A DNA stretch of 24,000 nt from an uncultured Chloroflexia bacterium (GTDB taxonomy: Bacteria; Chloroflexota; Anaerolineae; Anaerolineales; RBG-16-64-43): positions 686,372 through 710,371 of the forward strand of contig CAVQIA010000004.1 of the NCBI GenBank assembly GCA_963712475.1. Direction: 5' to 3'. The notes beneath the pieces were generated by a model. That model was given only the letters and a program-made list of their open reading frames with translations, was not told where the DNA came from and made no database searches. Made by a program: the position numbers and the translations under genes. How positions within the stretch are numbered: the first letter of the stretch is position 1; the number at the start of each line of letters is the position of its first letter. Shown piece by piece: positions 17,284-24,000 of this stretch.

Positions 17284-17853
17284 CCATCCTTCGCTTCCCA
17301 CACGCTTTCGAGATGAACCCGCGCCTGGAGGGCTCCGAGCCGACTCTCGCGCTGTGGCTGGCCGGCGTGTGGAGGCGCATGCTGTGTGCACGGGGTGTGG
17401 CTCGACCCGCTGGAGGTGGAAGACCTGCGCGTTAATGCGCGCGCGATCGCACCGTGGATGCCAGCCGGGCGCGACGACCCGCAGCAATGGTTCAGCTCGA
17501 AGCGCGAGGCCGAGCCGGGGATGCCCAGCGGCGAGGTGATTGCCGCGAAGGTGGTTCCCAACCTGGCCCATTACGGTGGCCATGCGTGTGTGTTCTTGCG
17601 TTCGGATTTCCGATGCGCATTGCAAGCGGCCGGCGAGGCAGCGGGGATGGACCCCTGGCGCTTCAAGCCGTTCCACTGCATCCTGCATCCGCTCACGTTC
17701 GATGCGCAAGGCCGCATCACTCTCGCCGAGAACGAAGAGCTGCTCGATGAACCTGCGAGTTGTGTGCGCCGCGCCGAGCAGGCGCGACCTCTGCGCGACT
17801 TTTTCGCCCACGAACTCGACCACATGCAAGGGCTGACCCGCAGCGATGATTGA
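17280..17853 (+). CDS. DUF3109-like Cys-rich protein, frameshifted near the N-terminus as assembled
   Basis: Track ORF 17386..17853 contains GGHACVFL...RCAL...KPFHCILHP. Its frame is open back to 17317 and there encodes CGWPACGGACCVHG (C-x4-C-x3-CC), with no canonical start in that frame. GTG 17280 (overlapping the uvrA TGA) and ATG 17313 are in the adjacent frame ([17 protein letters not shown]...). Removing one base between 17329 and 17353, for example from the GGG run at 17330-17332, joins them. The span is 574 nt, and 573 nt would give 190 aa. Confidence 0.6.
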
Positions 17854-17975
17854 CGCGCGCTCGGGAGGACGCCATCACGCCAGGGCGGCGAGCCGCGTGC
17901 CGTTGCCCACTGACTTGGCCATCGAGCAATGCATGTCCATTCGATAGTGACCTGGATGTGAGCCGATGCAGCGCA

Positions 17976-17984
17976 TGATAAAAT
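17976..17984 (+). promoter_or_regulatory. extended -10 candidate for tRNA-Glu
   Basis: TGaTAAAAT lies 18 nt upstream of the first tRNA base. No convincing -35 was found. Confidence 0.3.
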
Positions 17985-18002
17985 GGGCCCTCGCACCTGC
18001 TC

Positions 18003-18078
18003 GCCCCCATCGTCTAGAGGACCAGGACGCGGCCCTTTCAAGGCCTAAACCGGGGTTCGAATCCCCGTGGGGGCACCA
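18003..18078 (+). tRNA. tRNA-Glu (anticodon UUC), CCA encoded
   Basis: Hand-folded cloverleaf. Acceptor GCCCCCA/TGGGGGC, D-stem GTCT/GGAC, anticodon stem GGCC/GGCC with loop CTTTCAA, T-arm CGGGG-TTCGAAT-CCCCG, discriminator A, then CCA. Closely resembles bacterial tRNA-Glu. Confidence 0.95.
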
Positions 18079-18082
18079 CCCG

Positions 18083-18102
18083 GACCGCCCGTTGAGGCGG
18101 TC
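18083..18102 (+). terminator. intrinsic terminator after tRNA-Glu
   Basis: GACCGCC-cgttga-GGCGGTC followed by TTGCCGTTCTT. It starts 5 nt after the tRNA CCA end. Confidence 0.5.
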
Positions 18103-18274
18103 TTGCCGTTCTTCGGCATGTTGACGCCTAGACGATCAAGACCACCTGCCCAGCCAATCCTCACTCCGAGACACAAGGGGCTCAGGGCGGCCGAAGCGAG
18201 GGTCTGACTGCTTTACAACGCACTAGGCTTGCCGCCTTCGTTCGGGCAAAGCGTTCAGACCGCGCAGCTGCCTA

Positions 18275-18303
18275 TTGACTTTGCGGCCGATTCTCCGTAT
18301 AAT
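18275..18303 (+). promoter_or_regulatory. sigma70-type promoter of the TetR/ABC exporter operon
   Basis: TTGACT (18275-18280), an exact 17-nt spacer, then TATAAT (18298-18303). It sits 48 nt upstream of the TetR ATG. Confidence 0.55.
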
Positions 18304-18317
18304 CCTTCGGTCGACAG

Positions 18318-18330
18318 ACCGACGGTCGGT
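18318..18330. promoter_or_regulatory. candidate TetR operator palindrome
   Basis: Perfect 6-1-6 inverted repeat ACCGACgGTCGGT, 15 nt downstream of the -10 box. A related GGTCGAC element lies at 18307-18313. Confidence 0.3.
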
Positions 18331-18350
18331 TTATTGATGGCCCAGCCACC

Positions 18351-19109
18351 ATGCCAAGGATTATCAAGTCCAGCGAGGTTCGACGCAGCGAGATTTTGGA
18401 GGCAGCCCAGCGCCTCGTCTTCACACGCGGCTATGAAGACATGACCGTCCAGGACATCCTGGACACACTGCACATCTCGAAGGGCGCCTTCTATCACTAC
18501 TTCAACTCCAAGCAGGCCCTGCTGGAGGCGCTCATCGACCGGATGATCGATGAAATCTCGCAAGTCCTCGCGCCCGTTGTCCAGGACCCGCAGCTTCGCG
18601 CCCCGGACAAACTGCACCGCTACTTCGACGCGGGCGCCCGCTGGAAGGCGGCCAACAAATCGCTCATGCTCGGGTTCTTGCGCATCTGGTCTGCCGATGA
18701 AAACGCGATCGTTCGCGAGAAGCAGCGCACCACGACGATCAAGCGGATCGCTCCGATGATCTCTGAGATCGTCCAGCAAGGCATTCGCGAGGGCACGTTC
18801 TCGAGCTCGTTTCCCGATCAGGCGAGCGAGATGGTGCTCTCGCTCATGCAAAGTCTGGGAGATGCCATCGTGGCGGTCTTTCTCTCGCCCGCCTCGGCCG
18901 AACGCCAGCTCGAACGCATCACCGAGCTGGGCGCGGCATACACCGATGCGATGGAGCGCGTGCTCGGGGCCCCGGCGGGTTCACTGCACCTTGTCGATAG
19001 CGACATGCTGAAGTCGTGGTTCTCCGAAGTGAGCAGGCGCGCTGCCGCCCCCACGAAGGGGATCCGGCCTCGGCCTCCGGCTGCTCAGATCAAGGAGCGT
19101 GTTCAATGA
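18351..19109 (+). CDS. TetR/AcrR family transcriptional regulator
   Basis: The N-terminal HTH region RRSEILEAAQRLVFTRGYEDMTVQDILDTLHISKGAFYHYFNSKQALLEAL is the TetR_N signature. 252 aa. The stop overlaps the start of the next gene (ATGA). Confidence 0.9.
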   Translation: MPRIIKSSEVRRSEILEAAQRLVFTRGYEDMTVQDILDTLHISKGAFYHYFNSKQALLEALIDRMIDEISQVLAPVVQDPQLRAPDKLHRYFDAGARWKAANKSLMLGFLRIWSADENAIVREKQRTTTIKRIAPMISEIVQQGIREGTFSSSFPDQASEMVLSLMQSLGDAIVAVFLSPASAERQLERITELGAAYTDAMERVLGAPAGSLHLVDSDMLKSWFSEVSRRAAAPTKGIRPRPPAAQIKERVQ

Positions 19110-20336
19110 GGTTGTATCTTCGTCTTGCCTGGCGCAACGTGTGGCGTCACCGCCGCCGCACTCTCCTAATCGTTTCGGCCATGGGCTTCGGCCTCTCGCT
19201 GATGATGATGTACGACGGGCTGGTCGACGGTTTCAACCAGGCCATCTACGGCAACGCCATCAAGGTCCTGGGCGGCAACATCCAGGTGCACGCCGCGGGC
19301 TACGCGGAAAGCGCCGCGCAGAAACCGCTGCTGCCCCTCACCGATGACGACACGATCCTCGGAGCAATGCGCGCCCAACCCGGTGTCCTGGTTGCGTCGC
19401 GCCGCATCAACACCGGAGGGCTGGCCAGCAGCCGCGAGGGCGCCTTCGCCGTGGGCATCACCGCGATCGAGCCGGAGGTCGAGCAAGAGGTTAACCTCGC
19501 GGGGCAGAACGTCGTGGCCGGCCGCGCGCTGACCGCCAGCGACGGCGATTCGGTCCTTATCGGCAAGGGCCTGGCCGAGGCAATGAACGTGACGGTGGGC
19601 GATCGCATTTCCCTCTCCGGCCGGTCGGCTCACGAGCAGATGCGCCAGCGCACGATGACCGTGGTCGGTATCTACGACCTGGGCATGGCCGACATCGAGA
19701 AGATCACCCTCTACATCTCGCTCGCCGAGGCGCAGAACTCTCTATGACCTCCCTGGCCAGTCGACCGAAGTGGCGGTGTTCCTGGATCGAGTGGGCGGCG
19801 AAAGGCAGTTGATCAACAAGCTATCGCCCACCCTGCTGGGCTATGAACTGGCATCTTTCGAGGACAGCTATCCGGAGCTGCAGTACGCCCTGGCCTCCAA
19901 AGGCCGGGCGATGGACATCTTCAGCGTGATCATCATCGGCATCGCCGGCATTGGGATCCTCAACTTGCTGCTGATGGCGGTGTACGAGCGCACGCGCGAG
20001 ATCGGCGTGTTGGGGGCCATGGGCCTCAAGCCACGGCAGATCTCGTTCCTTTTCATCGTGGAGGGGACGCTGATCGGGATCGTCGGCGTGGGCATGGGGG
20101 TCGTGCTCGGGTTGGCATTCAATGGGATGATGCGGGCCGTGGGGCTGGACTTCACCTCATTCTCCGGCATGACCAGCTACACGGCGCTGATCACAGACAA
20201 GATCTACCCCAGCTGGGGCGTCGGCAAACTGCTGAGCCGCGCGCTGACGGTAGCCATCATCGCCGCCTTGGCGGCGGTGATCCCTGCGCGTGAGGCGGCC
20301 CAGCGCGACCCCGCCGAAGCGCTGCACTACGTGTGA
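19106..20336 (+). CDS. ABC transporter permease, FtsX/MacB-LolC/E type, split by one frameshift as assembled
   Basis: ATG 19106 is preceded by AAGGAG. The N-terminus MRLYLRLAWRNVWRHRRRTLLIVSAMGFGL plus an extracytoplasmic domain end at a stop at 19745-19747. The adjacent frame continues as LYDLPGQSTEVAVFLDRVGGE... into the FtsX domain (track ORF 19770..20336, [16 protein letters not shown]). One extra base lies near 19734-19741. The span is 1231 nt, and 1230 nt would give 409 aa, matching the paralogous next gene. Confidence 0.8.
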
Positions 20337-21568
20337 GGTCGACTATGATCCAGATGCTGAAACTCGCCTTTCGCAACCTGGGGCGCAACCGTCGGCGCTC
20401 GTTCTTCTCCGCCCTGGCGATGGGGATGGCGCTGGCCCTCCTGCTTCTGATGGCCTCCGTCATCCAGGGAGAATACGGCGACGCCCTCGAATTGGCCATC
20501 CATCTGCAATCGGGTCACTTGCAGGTGCGGTCAGCGGATTACGACGAGACCAAGACCAGCCTCAAATGGGAGAGCTTGATCGAGGCCCCGGATCAGGTCG
20601 CGGCCCAGGTCGCCTCGATCGGGGCGGTGGAGGTGGCCACGCCGCGGCTGTACGCCAGCGGGTTCGTGACCACGCGGAACGAATCGTCCGGCGTGCGCGT
20701 CGTCGGCATCGACCCTTTGTCGGAGGCCAACGCGCCCTTTCGGGATGGGATCCTGGAGGGGACCTTCTTGACTCCCGATGACCGGGAGGGGGTGCTCATC
20801 GGCGGGTCCCTGGCCCAGCGTCTCGGCCTTGCGGCGGGCGACCAGATCAACCTGTCCGTGAACACGTCCAATGGGGAGGTCGACGAACAACAGTTCACCG
20901 TGCGGGGCGTCTATAGCACCGGGTCCGGCGGGTTCGACGGCGTGACGGTTTTCTTGCCACTGACCAAGGCTCAGGCGTTCACAGGTGCCGAGAACCGCGC
21001 GAGTGCGATCTTCGTCCTGCTCAGGGACACCTCCCAGACCGACGCCGTCATCGCGGCGCTGAATGCACCTGGGTACGAGGTGTTGACCTGGCGGGACATG
21101 AACGACCTGCTGGTTCAGGTGGAGCAGCTAGCTTCCAGCTACATGAGCATCTTCTACCTGATTGTGCTGGGGATTGCCGCCACGGTGATCGTCAACACCC
21201 AAGTCATGTCGGTGTACGAGCGCACCCGCGAGATCGGCATCCTTTCGGCCATAGGCATGCGCGGGCGTCGAGTGATGACCATCTTCCTGACGGAATCCGG
21301 ACTGCTAGCCGTGGGCGGCATCCTGCTCGGGCTGGCCATCGGGGGCCTCGCCATAGCCTACTTCACGCGCTACGGCCTGCCCCTGGACATCGAGAAATTC
21401 GGGTTCACAGGGATGCTCTTCCGCCAGAAGATCTTCACCGAGCTTACCGTCCAGGACGCCGTCCGGTTGAGCCTGATTTCCTTCATCGTCACACTGTTGG
21501 CGGGCCTCTATCCCGCCGTGCTGGCCTCGCGCATGGAGCCCGTGGCGGCTCTGCGCGCCGAGCGGTAA
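20333..21568 (+). CDS. ABC transporter permease, FtsX/MacB-LolC/E type
   Basis: Intact ORF. It has [27 protein letters not shown], a periplasmic-domain-like middle region, and an FtsX domain with [16 protein letters not shown]. The start is either GTG 20333 (overlapping the previous stop) or ATG 20345. Confidence 0.85.
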   Translation: MRSTMIQMLKLAFRNLGRNRRRSFFSALAMGMALALLLLMASVIQGEYGDALELAIHLQSGHLQVRSADYDETKTSLKWESLIEAPDQVAAQVASIGAVEVATPRLYASGFVTTRNESSGVRVVGIDPLSEANAPFRDGILEGTFLTPDDREGVLIGGSLAQRLGLAAGDQINLSVNTSNGEVDEQQFTVRGVYSTGSGGFDGVTVFLPLTKAQAFTGAENRASAIFVLLRDTSQTDAVIAALNAPGYEVLTWRDMNDLLVQVEQLASSYMSIFYLIVLGIAATVIVNTQVMSVYERTREIGILSAIGMRGRRVMTIFLTESGLLAVGGILLGLAIGGLAIAYFTRYGLPLDIEKFGFTGMLFRQKIFTELTVQDAVRLSLISFIVTLLAGLYPAVLASRMEPVAALRAER

Positions 21569-21585
21569 GCGAAAGGAGAACTCAC

Positions 21586-22288
21586 ATGGAAGTCACAAAG
21601 GTCGAAAACGTCACCCGCGTCTACAAGATCGGCAAAGTCGAGACCCAGGCCCTGCGCGGCGTCAGTCTCTCGATCGAAAGCGGCGAGTTCACCGCCCTGG
21701 TCGGGCCTTCCGGCTCGGGCAAGACCACTCTGCTGCAGCTGATCGGCTGCCTGGACCAGCCCACCAGCGGGTAAGGTCTACATCAACGGGCAGCGACGTG
21801 AGCCAGCTCAACCGCAACCAGCGCGCCGACATGCGCCGCGGGACGATCGGCTTCATCTTCCAGTTCTTCGCGCTGATCCCGACCCTGACCGCCTACGAGA
21901 ACATCGAGATGCCGCTGCTGCTCAACGGGCATCTCGCCCAAGGAGCGCCAGGCGCGCGTGACGGAGCTGCTCGAGGCAGTGGACCTGGCAGACCGCGGCA
22001 CACAATCGCCCGGACCAGCTCAGCGGCGGCGAGCAGCAGCGCGTGGCGATCGCGCGCGCCCTGGCTCGATCCAACCCAACGCTCATCCTGGCCGACGAGC
22101 CCACCGCCAACCTGGACACCCCCAACGGCCAGCAGGTGATGGAGACGATGACCCGCCTCAACAAGGAAACCGGCGTGACCTTCGTCTTCGCCACGCACGA
22201 CCCGCGGGTCATCAAGTACGCGCGCCGCGTCGTCACTTTGCGCGACGGACTGGTCGCCGAGAACGGGGCCCAGAAGACGTCTGTGTGA
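21586..22288 (+). pseudogene. ABC transporter ATP-binding protein (MacB/LolD-type), interrupted by four +1 frameshifts as assembled
   Basis: AAAGGAG lies 7 nt upstream of ATG 21586. The pieces read in successive frames are:
- [62 protein letters not shown]
- KVYING
- [45 protein letters not shown]
- [22 protein letters not shown]
- [39 protein letters not shown]...ATHDPRV
Walker A, Q-loop, signature, Walker B and H-loop are all present. The span is 703 nt, and 699 nt would give 232 aa. Confidence 0.85.
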
Positions 22289-22291
22289 GCC

Positions 22292-23488
22292 ATGAAATAT
22301 CCAACTGTCGTCATCGTCCTGTGCACACTTGTCCTGGCAGCATGCGGCGGCGCAGGCGCATCCAACCCGCCGCTGCCGACCGTTGTCCTCAGCGGGGCAA
22401 CGCAACAGCCCGCAGTTGATCACGCGGGAGTGACCGCCTCCGGCATTGTTCTCGCCGTGCAAGAGGCGCGTCTCTCCTTCCTCACAATCGGAAAGGTGAC
22501 TGCGGTCCACGTCCAACTCGGAGACACGGTCGAGGCCGGCCAGGTCCTCGTGGAGCTCGACGACGCGGCCGCCCGGAGAGATCTGGCCCAGGCGGAAAGC
22601 GCGTTGACCGAGTTCACCTCCCCGACCGCCATCGCCCGCGCGCGACAGGACGTTGCCGCCACGGAAGAGGCGCAGCAGACCGCGCGCAACCGTCTCGAGT
22701 ACTACATCACTCCCGGTGTCTTGTACTGGGAAGAGCGACTTGCACTCAGCGAACAGACCCTGGACGCAGCCAAGGCCGGGGCCGGCACCTCGCCGACCAG
22801 TGAGCAAACGCAGGCAATCACGGAGGCCGAGAAGGCCGTCAGCCGCGCACAAGCCAACCTGGCGTACGCGCAGAAGCAACTGCACGATGTCTACCTGCCC
22901 GAGAAGTTCACGCGCATCAATAGCGTGACTGGCGAGTCGTATGTAGCTGAACCGCGCATCGACACTGACGCGTCGCGCGCCGACTATGCGTTTGCCTCTG
23001 CCGCGCTCGATGAAGCCCGGGCGTATCTCGCCGTGTTGACCGGTGAACCCGCACCCTCGAATGTCGTGGGCCGAAGCCTGGCGCAGTTGGAACTCGCGCA
23101 ACGCAACCTGACCGCGGCCCGCGCCGCGCTGGAGGCCACGCGCCTGCTCGCCCCATTCGCCGGAACCATCGCCTTGGTCAGCGCAGTCCCCGGCGAGAAT
23201 GCAGTGCCGGGTGCCATCGTTGTGAGCGTCATCGATCTGAGCCGGCTGCATGTGGAGACCACCGACTTGAGTGAGCGCGATGTCACCCAGGTCTCGGTGG
23301 GCCAGAGCGTGCGGGTCCACATCGATGCGCTGGGCGAGGAGGTGAGTGGGCGGGTCTCGGCCATTGCGCCGGGCGCCACCACTCTTGGCGGCGATGTGGT
23401 CTACAAGACCATCATTGACCTGGACGTGCAACCGCCGGGCATACGCGCGGGGATGAGCGCCGAGGTGACGTTCGAGGCCAGCAACTAG
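22292..23488 (+). CDS. HlyD-family efflux adaptor (membrane fusion protein), lipoprotein
   Basis: The signal peptide with lipobox is MKYPTVVIVLCTLVLAACGG. A lipoyl-like hairpin GKVTAVHVQLGDTVEAGQVLVELD is followed by a long Ala/Gln/Glu-rich coiled-coil. The second half-lipoyl motif is LLAPFAGTIALVS, followed by a beta-barrel region. Confidence 0.8.
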   Translation: MKYPTVVIVLCTLVLAACGGAGASNPPLPTVVLSGATQQPAVDHAGVTASGIVLAVQEARLSFLTIGKVTAVHVQLGDTVEAGQVLVELDDAAARRDLAQAESALTEFTSPTAIARARQDVAATEEAQQTARNRLEYYITPGVLYWEERLALSEQTLDAAKAGAGTSPTSEQTQAITEAEKAVSRAQANLAYAQKQLHDVYLPEKFTRINSVTGESYVAEPRIDTDASRADYAFASAALDEARAYLAVLTGEPAPSNVVGRSLAQLELAQRNLTAARAALEATRLLAPFAGTIALVSAVPGENAVPGAIVVSVIDLSRLHVETTDLSERDVTQVSVGQSVRVHIDALGEEVSGRVSAIAPGATTLGGDVVYKTIIDLDVQPPGIRAGMSAEVTFEASN

Positions 23489-23669
23489 CCTCCCGGCCGA
23501 CCGAGGCGAGAGGGCATAGCATGCATGACGCCTGCCCGCGGGCGGCCGACATGCGCTCCCGTTCCCGGGTCGGAATGAGTCCCCGGGAGCAGCTCTGATT
23601 GGTGGCCCGGGGCGCGCACACTGGCGGCGCCCCACCCGCCTGGGCACTCGAACCTCACCAGCAGGACGT

Positions 23670-23691
23670 GGCGGCCGTCGACTCGGCCGCC
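23670..23691 (+). terminator. candidate terminator of the ABC exporter operon
   Basis: GGCGGCCG-tcgact-CGGCCGCC followed by TTTCC. It lies 182 nt after the adaptor gene stop. Confidence 0.35.
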
Positions 23692-23919
23692 TTTCCGTAC
23701 ATACATGCATCGCATAGGCGCCAACACGGGCACCATCGTGTCGACCTGATTCCCGCAGATGGCGATCGCGATACAACACACGGGCGTCATTTGCGGGAGA
23801 TGGATCTGCCCCCGGCCTTCGAGGCCCGGGCGCCACCGAACCACGCCTCCTGCACCCAGGGGCGCAACCATCCGGCCTGCGCGGCGTATATCGGATGAGG
23901 TCAAGAAAGGGAGTCGACA

Positions 23920-24000
23920 ATGAACACGTTCACCAAATCGCAGCTCGAAATCCACGTTCCCGTGCTCGGCTGGCTGCTCATCGGGTCCAACTTGGTCTAT
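23920..24000 (+). CDS. hypothetical protein, N-terminal fragment (continues beyond the window end)
   Basis: ATG 23920 lies 8 nt after AAAGGGAG. It reads MNTFTKSQLEIHVPVLGWLLIGSNLVY... with a hydrophobic segment starting. Only 27 codons are visible. Confidence 0.35.
   Translation, partial: MNTFTKSQLEIHVPVLGWLLIGSNLVY

Noticed and set aside
23599-23898. 99-aa plus-strand ORF and 156-aa minus-strand ORF (23485-23955) in the spacer after the exporter operon
   Set aside because: Both are His/Arg/Gly/Pro-rich with no RBS and no hydrophobic core pattern. The region is better explained as structured non-coding sequence.
21893-23920. 675-aa ORF on the minus strand, the longest uncharacterised ORF in the track
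   Set aside because: It lies entirely antisense to the ATPase and HlyD-adaptor genes. Its composition is dominated by R/G/P/A with no motifs, which is the usual shadow ORF of a GC-rich coding strand.
1-24000. CRISPR arrays, IS elements or transposase, integrase, phage genes, toxin-antitoxin pairs, long direct or inverted repeats
   Set aside because: I saw no spaced direct repeats, terminal inverted repeats or recombinase-like translations on either strand. Apart from the exporter operon, the gene content is core housekeeping.

Overview
GC-rich bacterial chromosomal window made up almost entirely of housekeeping genes. I found no CRISPR array, mobile element, rRNA or recognisable defence or novel multi-gene system.

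Gene order:
- Minus strand: an edge-truncated polytopic membrane sensor-like gene; punA plus a membrane-anchored hypothetical; ruvB-DUF2905-queA; tnaA (tryptophanase); and a four-gene operon of SLC13/TrkA-C permease, tgt, uppP and a PstS-like lipoprotein.
- Plus strand: upp; a membrane hypothetical plus an MBL-fold hydrolase; uvrA plus a DUF3109 Cys-rich protein; tRNA-Glu(UUC); and a TetR-headed operon for a MacB/LolCDE-like ABC exporter (two FtsX-type permeases, an ATPase and a HlyD-family lipoprotein adaptor).

Most notable observations:
1. Nine single-base reading-frame disruptions sit in six otherwise well-conserved genes, and most can be placed at short G/C runs. Four of them cluster within about 230 nt of the ABC ATPase. 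This points to homopolymer assembly error and/or real decay of the exporter.
2. The exporter operon has a consensus TTGACT-17-TATAAT promoter with a 13-bp palindrome just downstream.
3. Several genes carry a perfect TATAAT box 6-9 nt upstream of the start codon, which suggests leaderless transcripts.
4. A 450-nt hairpin-rich gap lies between the convergent upp and tnaA genes, and a 430-nt structured gap lies downstream of the exporter operon. Neither contains a convincing ORF.

All functional calls come from reading motifs in the translations. No database search was run.
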